Positions 38,682-49,419 of a stretch of DNA of 64,000 bases are shown here, piece after piece. The stretch covers positions 128,001-192,000 of the forward strand of contig JBQLZK010000002.1 in NCBI GenBank assembly GCA_052168235.1, given 5' to 3'. The position numbers and the translations under genes were made by a program. The notes beneath the pieces were generated by a model. That model was not told the origin of the DNA and did no database searches. It saw only the letters and a list, made by a program, of their open reading frames with translations. Origin of the DNA: Thainema sp. Lineage in GTDB: Bacteria > Cyanobacteriota > Cyanobacteriia > Phormidesmidales > Phormidesmidaceae. How positions within the stretch are numbered: the first letter of the stretch is position 1; each line of letters starts with the position of its first letter.

Positions 38682-39431
38682 TTACTCTTTTATCTGCGAT
38701 CGCAACTGTTCCAGTTCTTCATCAACAGAGGCATTGGGATCGGCAGCGGGCAGCGTTCCGGCTGCGCTAGAGCCAGAGAGCATTTCGGTTTTCATCGCTG
38801 CAAGCTGGGCATCAATGTTATCGCCGCCCTCTAATTCGGCAAATCGCTTTTCTAGGCTGTCTGAACCCAGTTCAGCCGAAACTTCTGCTTGGGCTTCCAG
38901 CTGATGCACCCGTTCTTCCATGCGCTCAAAGGCGGCCATCGCGTTATTGGTGCCGACCTGATTCAGCATGTCGTTGATTTGCTGCGACGCCTGAGCTGAA
39001 CGGGCACGGGCAATATACAAGTCTTTCTTACTGCGGGCATCCGCTAATTTACGCTCTAGTTGGCCCATATTTTGCTTCAGCTTGGCGACGACATCGCGCT
39101 GTTGAACAATCTGTGTTTCTAGGCTAGATGCGGTTTCAGCATAGGATTGGCGGCGGGTAAGGGCTTCACGGGCGAGTTGCTCATCGCCTTTTTGGAGGGC
39201 AAGCTGGGCGCGGCGATACCATTCATCTGCCGTGGATTGCGCTTGAGAACACTGGCGTTCGGTGCGCTTTTGAGTTGCGATCGCTTGTGCAACGGCCTGT
39301 CGGATTCGAATCAGGTCTTCCTGCATGTCGGCGACAGCCTGCTCCAGAATTTTCTCTGGATCTTCAGCATTGCCAACCATGCTTGAAATATTGGCTCGAA
39401 TTACCCGGCTCAACCGATCCAAAAGTCCCAT
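38682..39431 (-). CDS. vipp1: PspA/IM30 family protein with C-terminal extension (Vipp1)
   Basis: 'MGLLDRLSRVIRAN...EDPEKILEQ', 'AFERMEE', extra terminal helix 'VDEELEQLRSQI'. Confidence 0.85.
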   Translation of the reverse strand: MGLLDRLSRVIRANISSMVGNAEDPEKILEQAVADMQEDLIRIRQAVAQAIATQKRTERQCSQAQSTADEWYRRAQLALQKGDEQLAREALTRRQSYAETASSLETQIVQQRDVVAKLKQNMGQLERKLADARSKKDLYIARARSAQASQQINDMLNQVGTNNAMAAFERMEERVHQLEAQAEVSAELGSDSLEKRFAELEGGDNIDAQLAAMKTEMLSGSSAAGTLPAADPNASVDEELEQLRSQIKE

Positions 39432-39596
39432 ACCTCTGCCTCAAGCGGTTTCAAAACGTTTCGAAAAATGATGAATTGCTTTTATGCTACCGCACAGCTT
39501 CAAATGGGCGTTGCTTGCTCTAGGTATAAATTGGGATAAGGCAATGCTCCATATCTCAATTCCATAACTTGAGATCAGTCATTTTGCTCGGATTAA

Positions 39597-41144
39597 CTAT
39601 TCTTCGATATCAGCATCTATGCCTTGTTCTTGCAGATTTTGCACCATTTCTTGAGCGCTCGACTGATCCGCAAATGCGCCTAGACGAATGGTGGCTCCCG
39701 CTGACGAGTTGTGAATGTAGGCATCGCCTGCAACCTGTCTTGCCTCGTTCAGGCTTTGGTCGCCTGTGTAGGGGACGACGACATGATAGTAGTCGCTTGA
39801 ACTGGCTGAACCCGTTGAACTTGCAGTGGTTTCCGACCGATCTGAACTGCCAGAATTCTCTGAACTGCCAGAAGCGGGACTGTTTGAACCTGCACCGGAA
39901 CCCGATGAGCCGCTCGAAGCTGCGGCCCGTTCTGTTGATGGCGATGCCGCAGGTCTCGGGGCAGGGGGAGCCGCAGGAGCAGGAGCCGCTGGGCGACTCG
40001 CTGAAGCTGACTGAGATGACCGCGATCCGCTTGCACTCGATGATGCTGGGGCAGATGAACGGGATGAGCTAGAGCTGGATGGGGCAGCACTGGATGAGGC
40101 TGAGGGTGTTGTAGGAGTTGGACTGGCACTAGACGATGGTGTTCTAGTCGTCCCGGTTGCGGTGGCTGAATTAGACGGTGTGACAGGTGATGCCAGTGGT
40201 GTCGGTGTCGTGGAACCATCGGCGGCTAAGCCTGGAGCTGGACTGGGCAGATTAGGCGCAGATCCGTTGCTAGGTAATGTGCTGAGCGTGCCTAAGTCTA
40301 GTTCGACGAATTCTTCGGAGGACAAATTGGGCTGACCGGATGGGTCAAATTCTGATGCACTCGGCGTAATCGGCGCGTCTAAATCGGTGCTGGAAGTCTC
40401 GTCATCCGCCTGCCATCTGGTGGTGATGCTGCTGATTGCATCTGGATTGGCAATGACGTAGCCCAAGCCGACGCTGGACACCAACAGCAGCAGCATTGAC
40501 CCGATGCCCAGCGGCGTAAATAGCTGGTTTGTCCAGCCGCTTTTCTTGGGATTTTCTGCCGTTTGGGCTTCTTCGACCAGGCTCTGCAGCAGATGTTCTG
40601 ACGATTTTAGGTAGTCCTGTGGTTCAGCGGCATCGTGAGTAGCGCCAAGATGATTCGATTCAGAATGGGGAACAGGGACGATATTGCCGTGGGCCTGGGC
40701 TGTATGCGGAGCGGTTGCGATCGCATCACGACTCTCCTGAGATTGAGGCACATTCAAAGTTGCGATCGCACCACCTGCACCTGCAATGGCCTGTATTCCA
40801 TTGCCATTACCGTTATCAGAATGGCCGTGATGCGCGCCGTTCGCTGAGCCGTTGGTATAGGACGATCCGGTTGGGTAAGGGGCTGCGGCTGGTTGAGTAG
40901 GGGGATGAGTGGCTGCTGGATTGGGTGATGAGGGTTTGACGGAAATTAGATCCAAACCGTGCTTTTTCTTGGTGCGAATATTGCCTTTGAAGGGACGATT
41001 GGGCGTGGGTTGAGCGGAGCGCTGTCGCCGATAGCGGGTTAATTCATCGTCAAGCTGTACTTCTAAACAGCCCAATGCCGATTGCAGCAACGGGTGCAGT
41101 GGGCTTTGAGGTACGTTCGAGTTGGATGCGTTTGGCTGTCCCAT
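39597..41144 (-). CDS. Membrane-anchored protein with Ser/Pro-rich linker and C-terminal SPOR-like domain
   Basis: 'LEVQLDDELTRYRRQR', single TM, 'YHVVVPY...IRLGAF...AQEMVQNLQEQGI'. Confidence 0.8.
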   Translation of the reverse strand: MGQPNASNSNVPQSPLHPLLQSALGCLEVQLDDELTRYRRQRSAQPTPNRPFKGNIRTKKKHGLDLISVKPSSPNPAATHPPTQPAAAPYPTGSSYTNGSANGAHHGHSDNGNGNGIQAIAGAGGAIATLNVPQSQESRDAIATAPHTAQAHGNIVPVPHSESNHLGATHDAAEPQDYLKSSEHLLQSLVEEAQTAENPKKSGWTNQLFTPLGIGSMLLLLVSSVGLGYVIANPDAISSITTRWQADDETSSTDLDAPITPSASEFDPSGQPNLSSEEFVELDLGTLSTLPSNGSAPNLPSPAPGLAADGSTTPTPLASPVTPSNSATATGTTRTPSSSASPTPTTPSASSSAAPSSSSSSRSSAPASSSASGSRSSQSASASRPAAPAPAAPPAPRPAASPSTERAAASSGSSGSGAGSNSPASGSSENSGSSDRSETTASSTGSASSSDYYHVVVPYTGDQSLNEARQVAGDAYIHNSSAGATIRLGAFADQSSAQEMVQNLQEQGIDADIEE

Positions 41145-41674
41145 CGTCTATCTTCCCTTCTCAGCAAGCGAAATCACGGTTCCAACAGGTTAGCGTTATT
41201 TCGAAATCTCGATAGTTGAGTTTCGGTAATAACTATCAAGTCCGCAGACGGGAATCCAGTTCATCTTCTGTACAAGGCTGGCAAAGTCAGCATTTCACAG
41301 AAAATCACACTATTGGGTTTTCCACCGGACTTCACATACGGTTGGATGAGTACTACTACTAGCTCTAAGAGCTTAGCTAAAAGTTTCAATTCGTCAAGCA
41401 AATATCACAAATGTGTCATCTGAAGTGGTGGCTGGGCAGAGTTGCGCCGGATTGGATGTGCGATCGCACTCCACATCTAGCGGTTAAGTTTCTAAGCTGC
41501 GCTTTTAGCCTCAAGATACAGTAATCTAAATTATTTTGACTATATTTTCTGATGGCTATTGTGTGAATTTGTTCTGCGAATCCGAGGTTGTCTTTGGCGT
41601 CCCTGCATTGATACCCTGGAAAGTCGGTTCAATGTTTAATCACTCAACTTTTAGAGACAAAACGCGATCGCATC

Positions 41675-41995
41675 ATGGCAGAAACTTATACCGTCGAAAT
41701 TCATCATCAAGGGCAAACCCATACGATTCAGGTGGCTGATAATCAAAAGATTTTAGATGCGGCTCAGGACGCAGGTTTGGATCTACCGTTTTCCTGTAGT
41801 GCTGGAGTATGCACGACCTGTGCTGCGCTGGTTCTAGAGGGCGAAGTGGAACAGCCGGATGCGATGGGCGTGGGGCCGGAGTTACAGGCGAAGGGATATA
41901 CGCTGCTATGTGTGGCGTATCCACGATCGGATATTAAGCTGGAGACGGAGAAGGAAGAAGAAGTTTATCAGCAGCAGTTTGGTACGTCGCAATAG
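41675..41995 (+). CDS. Plant-type [2Fe-2S] ferredoxin
   Basis: 'LPFSCSAGVCTTCAA' ... 'LLCVAYPRSD'. Confidence 0.95.
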   Translation: MAETYTVEIHHQGQTHTIQVADNQKILDAAQDAGLDLPFSCSAGVCTTCAALVLEGEVEQPDAMGVGPELQAKGYTLLCVAYPRSDIKLETEKEEEVYQQQFGTSQ

Positions 41996-42021
41996 TTGAT
42001 TGCTGCTTGGAGTTTGATCGG

Positions 42022-42063
42022 CTCCCTTCTCCCAAATTTGGGAGAAGGGCTGGGGATGAGGGC
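42022..42063. repeat. Short dispersed palindromic repeat (half element)
   Basis: ctcccttctcccaaatttgggagaagggctggggatgagggc; related to 17095-17132. Confidence 0.6.
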
Positions 42064-42353
42064 AATGCAGAGTTGGGCAGCTTTTTGAGAAGTCGCTGCT
42101 CATCATGTGACGTTGGTTCTGAGGGGACTAGTCCCCTCAGGCTCCCCAACTGGTGCGTTCCGCCGCCCCAGGCCCCCACGGACGAGGTGATCGGTGGGGG
42201 GTGTTACGTCGCTTCGCATCGGTGGAGTGGCAAGGCAGTTATCTGTTGAGGACACAGTTGGCGTGGAACGCCAATCGATTGCAGGACTCACACTTTCTCT
42301 CTCGCTTCCCTTCCGATTCCCTTGACTTCCCTTTCCTTTGCAGCTTCTCCTCC

Positions 42354-43049
42354 TTACACTCTGACCATTGCTCCCATCACGCTTTCAAACAGCGCTAAGC
42401 CATCTGTGCCACCAAGGATGGCATCGATGGCTCGTTCGGGGTGGGGCATCATGCCGAGGACATTGCCGCGTTGGTTGCAGATGCCAGCGATGTTGGCGAG
42501 GGAGCCGTTGGGGTTGGCTGCGTCGGTGATGTTTCCTGCTGGGGTGCAGTAGCGGAAGACGATTTGGTTGTTGTCTTCTAATTGCTTGAGGGTGTCGGCG
42601 TCGGCGTAGTAGCAGCCTTCACCGTGGGCAATGGGCACGGTGATGACTTGATTGGCTTGGTATTTATTTGTCCAAGGTAGGTCGGTGCGTTCAACGCGCA
42701 GGGAAATGCGATCGCAGATAAAGTGCAAGTCGCGATTTCGCACTAGCGCGCCGGGTAGTAAGCCTGCTTCGGTTAAGACTTGAAAGCCGTTGCAGATGCC
42801 GAGAACCAGCTTGCCTGCTTCGGCATGTTTGATGGTGGACTGCATGGCGGGCGAAAACCGCGCGATCGCACCACAGCGCAAGTAGTCCCCATAGCTAAAG
42901 CCACCGGGAACGACCACTACATCTAAATCGGACAGATCGCTTTCTTCGTGCCAAACCATTCGCGTCGGCTGCTTCAGCACGTCACGCACGGCATAGGCCA
43001 TATCGCGATCGCAATTCGAACCCGGAAATACAATAATTCCAAATTTCAT
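42354..43049 (-). CDS. purQ: FGAM synthase subunit PurQ
   Basis: 'FPGSNCD', '[11 protein letters not shown]', 'GICNGFQ', 'MMPHPER'. Confidence 0.97.
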   Translation of the reverse strand: MKFGIIVFPGSNCDRDMAYAVRDVLKQPTRMVWHEESDLSDLDVVVVPGGFSYGDYLRCGAIARFSPAMQSTIKHAEAGKLVLGICNGFQVLTEAGLLPGALVRNRDLHFICDRISLRVERTDLPWTNKYQANQVITVPIAHGEGCYYADADTLKQLEDNNQIVFRYCTPAGNITDAANPNGSLANIAGICNQRGNVLGMMPHPERAIDAILGGTDGLALFESVMGAMVRV

Positions 43050-43051
43050 AT

Positions 43052-43315
43052 CTACGCCTGCACCGTCTCTTTCAAATCAAACCGATAGTTCTCAATCACC
43101 GGATTGGCCAAAAGCTGATCGCATATCCGATCGAGCTGCTGTCGGGCATGATCTTCGTCTTCAGCCGCGAGAGACAGCTCAATGTATTTGCCGATGCGAA
43201 CGTTGTGAACCTGGTCGTAGCCCATATGCTCTAGGCTAGACTGAACGGCTGTCCCCGCCGGATCGAGTACCGAAGGCCGCAGCGTAACGTAAATTTTTGC
43301 GTGAAACAGTCCCAT
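43052..43315 (-). CDS. purS: FGAM synthase subunit PurS
   Basis: 'VLDPAG', 'VRIGKYIEL', '[10 protein letters not shown]'. Confidence 0.96.
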   Translation of the reverse strand: MGLFHAKIYVTLRPSVLDPAGTAVQSSLEHMGYDQVHNVRIGKYIELSLAAEDEDHARQQLDRICDQLLANPVIENYRFDLKETVQA

Positions 43316-43509
43316 AGTCTTTAATCTTTCCGGAGATAGTTGCTGAGTATTAACGGCAATAAACCCATTGCTCCCTCATTTTACGGTTTTCTGCTGATCT
43401 GCGATCGCGCATCCAGCATGAGGTCAGCAAACATCGGTTCAGATAGCGTCTAAGCTAGAGATAAAGCAAGTACAGCGCTTGCTTATTTATTGGGATTCCC
43501 ACACATACC

Positions 43510-43896
43510 ATGAAGACCCGTCGAACCCGCAGTCAAAGTCAGATATTAAATTTGCTGAAAGACTTGAATAAAGAGATTTCTGCCCAAGATTTGTATATGG
43601 AACTGCGTGGACAAGGGCACAGCATGGGGTTAGCCACGGTATATCGCTCCCTGGATGCGCTGAAGTTAGACGGCTCGGTGCAGGTACGAACGTTGGCCAA
43701 TGGCGAATCACTCTACAGCCTGATTCAGCAAGATCGGCATCATCTCACCTGCCTACAGTGTGGCCAATCTATTCCAATCGATCGCTGCCCCGTTCATGCG
43801 CTTGAAGAACAACTTCACGAGGAGCATCAGTTCAAAATCTACTACCACACACTAGAGTTTTTTGGCTTGTGTACGGGGTGTCAAGAGAAGGGCTAG
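43510..43896 (+). CDS. zur: Fur-family regulator, Zur/FurB type
   Basis: 'MGLATVYRSL', 'HHLTCLQCG', 'HTLEFFGLCTGC'. Confidence 0.8.
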   Translation: MKTRRTRSQSQILNLLKDLNKEISAQDLYMELRGQGHSMGLATVYRSLDALKLDGSVQVRTLANGESLYSLIQQDRHHLTCLQCGQSIPIDRCPVHALEEQLHEEHQFKIYYHTLEFFGLCTGCQEKG

Positions 43897-43932
43897 AGTT
43901 TGGAGGCTGTATCGTCTTACATCACCAAGTTG

Positions 43933-43989
43933 AGGCAGTCAGTTGTTGAAAAGCCGCGCTCTGCGCGGCTTTTCAACAACTGACTGCCT
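43933..43989. repeat. Perfect 27-bp inverted repeat
   Basis: aggcagtcagttgttgaaaagccgcgc-tct-gcgcggcttttcaacaactgactgcct. Confidence 0.85.
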
Positions 43990-44132
43990 GATTCTAGGTA
44001 CGCAGCGCCATCAAGGCGGTAACGGATCGAGATTTTTAGCACAAGCGCAGCGCGCCGAACGGATTAGAACGACGCGTTGCACGTTGGTTTAGTCGTGATG
44101 TCGTTAGAACAACTGGCTCAGAATAGCTGGTG

Positions 44133-45818
44133 CTAGAACAGATCCAAATCGGTGACTGCTCCTTTGCTGCTCGACGACACCAGTTTGGCATACTTGGCCA
44201 GAACGCCTTTGGTATAGCGGGGTGCAGGCGGCTGCCAGTTGGCGCGACGCTGGGCCAACTCTTCATCTGAAACATGCAGATGTAGGCTGCGCTCATCGGC
44301 ATCAATGGTGACAGTGTCGTCTTCTTGAACCAGTGCGATCGCGCCTCCAACTGCGGCTTCCGGTGCAACGTGACCAACGACCATGCCGTAGGTGCCGCCA
44401 GAGAAGCGACCATCGGTGATTAGACCCACAGAATCACCCAAGCCTGCGCCAATGATGGCTGAGGTGGGAGCTAGCATTTCCCGCATACCGGGGCCACCCT
44501 TTGGCCCTTCATAGCGGACGATTACCACATTACCGGCTTTGATTTTGCCCGCCAGGATGGCGTCTAAGCACTCTTCCTCGGATTCGAATACCCGTGCAGG
44601 GCCAGTAATCTTGCGATTTTTTACCCCCGTCAGCTTGGCAACTGCGCCCTCTGTGGCCAGATTGCCTTTCAGAATACCCAGGTGGCCTTTGGGATACATC
44701 GGGTTATCCCACTGACGAATCACATCTTGATCGGTAGACGGATTGTCCGGCACGTCAGCGAGAACTTCGGCGATTGTTTGTCCGGTGATCGTCAGCGCGT
44801 CACCATGCAGCAACCCGTGATTCAGCAGCATCTTCATGACCTGCGGAATGCCACCGACGCGATGCAGATCGGTTGCCACATAGCGGCCAGAGGGCTTCAG
44901 GTCGCAAATGACGGGCACCTTGGCGCGAATCGTTTCAAAATCGTCCAGCGTTAGCGGCACTTCTGCCGCATGGGCAATGGCCAATAAGTGCAGTACTGAG
45001 TTGGTTGAACCACCGACGGCCATAATCACCGCCATCGCGTTCTCAAAGGCCTTGCGGGTGAGGATTTGGCGGGGCGTGATCTGCTTCTGAATTGCTTCTC
45101 GCAGAACGAAAGCAGACTTCTCAGCGCTATCCGCTTTTTCGGCATCCTCAGCCGCCATTGTGGAGGAGTACATCAAGCTTAAACCCATTGCTTCAATAGC
45201 CGATGACATGGTGTTTGCTGTGTACATACCGCCACAGGAACCCGCACCAGGGCAGGCGCGGCGCTCAACTTCAATCAGTTCATGCTCATCAATTTTGCCT
45301 GCGCTGTATTCACCAACAGCCTCAAAGGCGCTGACAACCGTTAGGTCTTTACCGTTATAGTGACCGGGCTTAATCGTGCCGCCATAGACAAAGATGGCCG
45401 GAATATTCATGCGTGCGATCGCAAGCATGGCTCCCGGCATATTCTTGTCGCAGCCACCGATAGCTAAGACCCCATCCATGCTCTGACCGCTACAGGCGGT
45501 TTCAATAGAATCGGCAATCACTTCCCGCGACACCAGGGAATATTTCATCCCTTCCGTACCCATTGAAATACCGTCGCTAATCGTAATCGTGCCGAACATC
45601 TGGGGCATTGCGCCTGCGGATTTCAGCCCGGCTTCGGCCCGCAGCGCCAGGTCGTTGAGACCCATGTTGCAGGGTGTAATGGTGCTGTAGCCGTTGGCCA
45701 GGCCCACAATAGGCTTATTGAAATCCTCATCTCCAAAGCCGACAGCCCGCAGCATGGCGCGGTTGGGTGTGCGCTGCACGCCTTGAGTAACAACTTGGCT
45801 CTTGCGATTGTCCGACAT
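44133..45818 (-). CDS. ilvD: Dihydroxy-acid dehydratase
   Basis: 'TPCN', 'SDGISMG', 'GCDKNMPG', '[12 protein letters not shown]', '[11 protein letters not shown]', 'TDGRFSG'. Confidence 0.97.
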   Translation of the reverse strand: MSDNRKSQVVTQGVQRTPNRAMLRAVGFGDEDFNKPIVGLANGYSTITPCNMGLNDLALRAEAGLKSAGAMPQMFGTITISDGISMGTEGMKYSLVSREVIADSIETACSGQSMDGVLAIGGCDKNMPGAMLAIARMNIPAIFVYGGTIKPGHYNGKDLTVVSAFEAVGEYSAGKIDEHELIEVERRACPGAGSCGGMYTANTMSSAIEAMGLSLMYSSTMAAEDAEKADSAEKSAFVLREAIQKQITPRQILTRKAFENAMAVIMAVGGSTNSVLHLLAIAHAAEVPLTLDDFETIRAKVPVICDLKPSGRYVATDLHRVGGIPQVMKMLLNHGLLHGDALTITGQTIAEVLADVPDNPSTDQDVIRQWDNPMYPKGHLGILKGNLATEGAVAKLTGVKNRKITGPARVFESEEECLDAILAGKIKAGNVVIVRYEGPKGGPGMREMLAPTSAIIGAGLGDSVGLITDGRFSGGTYGMVVGHVAPEAAVGGAIALVQEDDTVTIDADERSLHLHVSDEELAQRRANWQPPAPRYTKGVLAKYAKLVSSSSKGAVTDLDLF

Positions 45819-46083
45819 GGCGACAATTCCCCTCTTAAGACTGATGATCGTAGCGACAAATCTTACAGTAGCAAGGATAACGACTTCAGCCGTGAAACTG
45901 TGCGGATTCTTTGCTGACTGTACTGCTTATCATGGCAGTCCCCCTTGTCCGGCTACAAATCACAGCGTTAATCGGGTTTCATTATTGATTTCAATATTGA
46001 TTTCAACATTGATGCAATCTGTGTCGTCGATTCGCATACAAAAAAGGGGTGTCGTCGCATCGCGGCGACACCCCTTTTTTAAA

Positions 46084-46173
46084 TAGACTCTATTGGAAAT
46101 AAAGTTTTTGGGGTGGGAAATTGTTTTGTAGCGCGGCGGAGCCGCGCTACAAAACAATTTCCGATAAGGTCTA
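46084..46173. mobile_element. 90-bp TA-bounded MITE family C, copy 1
   Basis: tagactctattggaaat...atttccgataaggtcta with an internal hairpin; three near-identical copies in the window. Confidence 0.85.
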
Positions 46174-46177
46174 ATTA

Positions 46178-46735
46178 TTAGAACCAGTCCGGCAGCGAGG
46201 AGGGGAGGCGATTCAAAATGCCCTCTAGTCGTCCCTGAAGTCCTGCCAGCGTTTGATAGGCATCTGCTAATTCATCGCCATCAACGTGAACTTCCGGCGT
46301 GGGATAGTTTTGCAGAATTTCCAGTAACGTGACGTTGTTGTCATCGGCAGCAGACAAGATAATTGCCGCCCGCATCGCCTGCCGATCTGCTTGCTGCGAA
46401 GGCGGATAGATTGCTTTACCAACCTGATCCAGCGCATAGTTGCCGACAAAGCTATTCAGAATCTGGTCGAGCAGCACAACGTCCATTTCTACTTGGCGGT
46501 TGAGCAGTTCCTGCATTTCTTCGGCGTCGTAACCTGCGGTACGTAAGTAGAGATCCAGTTGACGGGTTGTCTCACCCGTTTCAGCCAAACGGGTTAAATC
46601 TTCCACCGGAACAGACCGCTCATGTGCTCGGTACTTCAGCACCACCTGTTCAGCCGCGATCGCAGATGTGTTTGGAAGTAAAAGAGTAAGAGTTGCGATC
46701 GCAGCACCTAATCGAGTTGCCAATTTCTGATTCAT
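46178..46735 (-). CDS. DUF1400 domain secreted protein
   Basis: Signal peptide, 'AAEQVVLKY', 'LAETGE', 'AMRAAIILSA...TLLEILQNYPT...VD'. Confidence 0.82.
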   Translation of the reverse strand: MNQKLATRLGAAIATLTLLLPNTSAIAAEQVVLKYRAHERSVPVEDLTRLAETGETTRQLDLYLRTAGYDAEEMQELLNRQVEMDVVLLDQILNSFVGNYALDQVGKAIYPPSQQADRQAMRAAIILSAADDNNVTLLEILQNYPTPEVHVDGDELADAYQTLAGLQGRLEGILNRLPSSLPDWF

Positions 46736-47163
46736 CGTGATTTATCTCGTAAGTCTAATTACAAGCCGTCCAATATCAGTTCAATATCAATGCGTAGGCA
46801 TCTGCCAATAAATTCTTGCTCAAGCGAGTGAAATATCGGGAAAGTAATCTCCAACATGCTCGTGGATTCTTCCAGATTCAAAATCTAGCTCCGTCTTGTC
46901 GCGGCAACTACCAAAACCTGAAGCGACAATTGCGCAGTTTCACAGCCGTTTGAGCAACCGAATTTGAGATGTAAAGATTTTCTAGATCTCAGTTTCCGAT
47001 TTGCCAAAGCCGATTACCGTTTTCAGCACCGGATGCTGATGCCATTGGCTATTCCCACCGAAGTTCTATAATCAAAACCGAATTTTTCACCTTCACTCAA
47101 ATTCTAAAACTCGTCTAAATTCAGAACGTATTTTCCAGGGTAGAGATTTCCACCTGACTGTTT

Positions 47164-47212
47164 ATCTACTCACCCACCCATCTACTCACCCACCCATCTA
47201 CCCATTCATTCA
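47164..47212. repeat. Short tandem repeat (atctactcacccaccc x2 plus partial)
   Basis: Directly visible 16-bp period. Confidence 0.65.
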
Positions 47213-47235
47213 CGTCGAACTCTCATCTTGTCACT

Positions 47236-48873
47236 ATGAAACCGTTAACAGCTTATTTGTTCCGTGCTTCCCTATCCCGACGATTACTGCCCCTTGCTAG
47301 TCTGGTACTGATTTGGGGCGGGACAGTGCTTCCTGCGACGGCACAAACTCCGTCCCGCACCTCTACCACCACCGCGCAGCAGTTACCGATTAACGCTCGC
47401 ATTATTCATGTCAACCCCACGTTGGGCAGCGATGTTCCTTCCGCTGGCGCGACAGAAGCAACGCCCTACAAAACGATTGCCTACGCCTTGCAACAAACTG
47501 AAAACGTGCCGCAGGTCGTGATTCAACTGGCACGGGGTGTGTATGCTGCCGATACGGGCGAGGTTTTTCCGCTCCAGCTACGTCCAGGGGTGATTTTGCG
47601 GGGAGATGAACCGAATAAAGGCTCAACCACTCGGATTATTGGTGGAGGACAATTCATCAGCCCCAACTTTGCCCGACAGAACGTAACTGTCTTAGCCGCT
47701 CAAGACAGCCAAATTCGCGGCTTGACGGTTACTAACCCAAATACTCGCGGTACGGCAGTGTGGGTCGAATCCGCCAATCCAACAATTCGCAACAATACCT
47801 TCAGCGAAAGCAATCGAGAGGGTGTCTTTATCAGCGGTACGGGCAATCCTCTGATTGAAGACAATATCTTTACTGCCAATACAGGCAACGGTGTTTCGGT
47901 GGCCGTCTCGTCCCAGGGCACGATTCGCAATAACGTTTTTCGTGACACCGGATTTGGTATTGCCATCAGCCAAACCGCGACGCCGCTGATTGAAGGCAAT
48001 CAAATTGTTCAGAATCAAGACGGAATCGTTGTGTCTGACTCGGCAACACCCGTGCTGCGTAGCAACATTATTGAAAGCAACGCCCGCGACGGTGTGGTGG
48101 CCATCACCAACGCTCAACCAGATTTAGGTACCGCTAGCAATCCAGGCGGCAACTTAATCCAAAACAACGGTCGCTACGACATTCACAATGCCACCCGCAC
48201 CAACACGCTGCTAGCAGCGGGTAACCAAAGCCAAACCAAGCAAATTGAGGGAGCCGTTGATTTTGTGGCGGCCAATGTGAATCTGGGCACAGGCAACTTC
48301 TCGGATGTCACAGGGCACTGGGCCACCGACTTTATTACCGCATTGGCCGAGCGAGGCGTAATTAGTGGGTTCCCAGACGGCACATTTCGTCCCGAAGAAC
48401 CCGTGACCCGCGCTCAATTTGCGGCCATTGTCGCTAATGCCTTTAATCCTTCTGCTAAACGGGAAGGCACTCAGTTTGTGGATGTTGGCAGCAATTTCTG
48501 GGGCTACAGTGCCATTCAAAAGTCCTATCAAGGCGGCTTTATGGCCGGTTATCCAGGCGGTAAGTTTGAGCCGCTGCTGGAGATTCCACGGGTGCAGGTA
48601 CTCGTCGCACTTGCGAATGGGTTGGGTTACACCGCCAGTAATCCGAATGTGCTATCGGTTTATCAAGACAGCACAGCGATTCCTGACTATGCGGTAGACA
48701 GCGTTGCCGCTGCCACCGAGAAGCGAATGGTGGTCAACTACTCCAATCCGGCCCAGCTACAGCCCAACCGCAATGCTACCCGCGCCGAAGTCGCCGCGTT
48801 TGTGTATCAGGCGCTAGTCAATGCTGGTCAAGCCGAACCAATCTCGTCTCCTTACATCGTGCAGCCGCAGTAG
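47236..48873 (+). CDS. DUF1565 / parallel beta-helix protein with three SLH domains
   Basis: 'PYKTI..AL', 'GEVFPL', 'TNPNTRGTAVWVES', then 'GHWA', 'GFPDGTFRP', 'TRAQFA', 'TRAEVA'. Confidence 0.9.
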   Translation: MKPLTAYLFRASLSRRLLPLASLVLIWGGTVLPATAQTPSRTSTTTAQQLPINARIIHVNPTLGSDVPSAGATEATPYKTIAYALQQTENVPQVVIQLARGVYAADTGEVFPLQLRPGVILRGDEPNKGSTTRIIGGGQFISPNFARQNVTVLAAQDSQIRGLTVTNPNTRGTAVWVESANPTIRNNTFSESNREGVFISGTGNPLIEDNIFTANTGNGVSVAVSSQGTIRNNVFRDTGFGIAISQTATPLIEGNQIVQNQDGIVVSDSATPVLRSNIIESNARDGVVAITNAQPDLGTASNPGGNLIQNNGRYDIHNATRTNTLLAAGNQSQTKQIEGAVDFVAANVNLGTGNFSDVTGHWATDFITALAERGVISGFPDGTFRPEEPVTRAQFAAIVANAFNPSAKREGTQFVDVGSNFWGYSAIQKSYQGGFMAGYPGGKFEPLLEIPRVQVLVALANGLGYTASNPNVLSVYQDSTAIPDYAVDSVAAATEKRMVVNYSNPAQLQPNRNATRAEVAAFVYQALVNAGQAEPISSPYIVQPQ

Positions 48874-49119
48874 AGCGGGATTCGACGAGCCGCAAATTTA
48901 GTGTAAATCGTGACGTGCGATCGCAGTTTCAATTGCAGTTTGCAATGTGCGATCGCACGTTTGTTGCAACCTGTAACAGGGTTTTGCGCAGGTTTCCGTA
49001 TCTACCCTTAGAAAAGTCTCCGATAAAGCTGGGCATCTTTAAATTGAAGGACACAGCGGCAGCACGTATCGCACCCAACGTCCTACGTTCTGTTATCGAT
49101 CATCGAAGACACACTAGCT

Positions 49120-49296
49120 ATGAACTCTAAGCAAAATTCCGTTCGCTTTCCCCTCGGGCAGTATCTCAACCAGCCACTCTTCAACAAATACTACAGAGCC
49201 GTCTTAAATCCGATGAGCTACTGGTATCTCTATCGGATCCAGCATTTGGAACGTTGCTTAGTTAAACAGCATCGCCCCGAAGAGAATTTTCATTAG
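49120..49296 (+). CDS. Small hypothetical protein (58 aa), missed by the ORF track
   Basis: MNSKQNSVRFPLGQYLNQPLFNKYYRAVLNPMSYWYLYRIQHLERCLVKQHRPEENFH; the 'FPLxQYLNQPLF...LNP...LERC' pattern occurs in cyanobacterial small proteins. Confidence 0.7.
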   Translation: MNSKQNSVRFPLGQYLNQPLFNKYYRAVLNPMSYWYLYRIQHLERCLVKQHRPEENFH

Positions 49297-49383
49297 ACTT
49301 TATTGGAAATAAAGTTTTTGGGGTTGGAAATTGTTTTATAGCGCGGCGAAGCCGCGCTATAAAACAATTTCCGATAAAGTCTA
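49294..49383. mobile_element. 90-bp MITE family C, copy 2
   Basis: tagactttattggaaat...atttccgataaagtcta. Confidence 0.85.
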
Positions 49384-49419
49384 TTAATTGTGACTGAGCT
49401 TGTGACGGAAGGATTTTGA

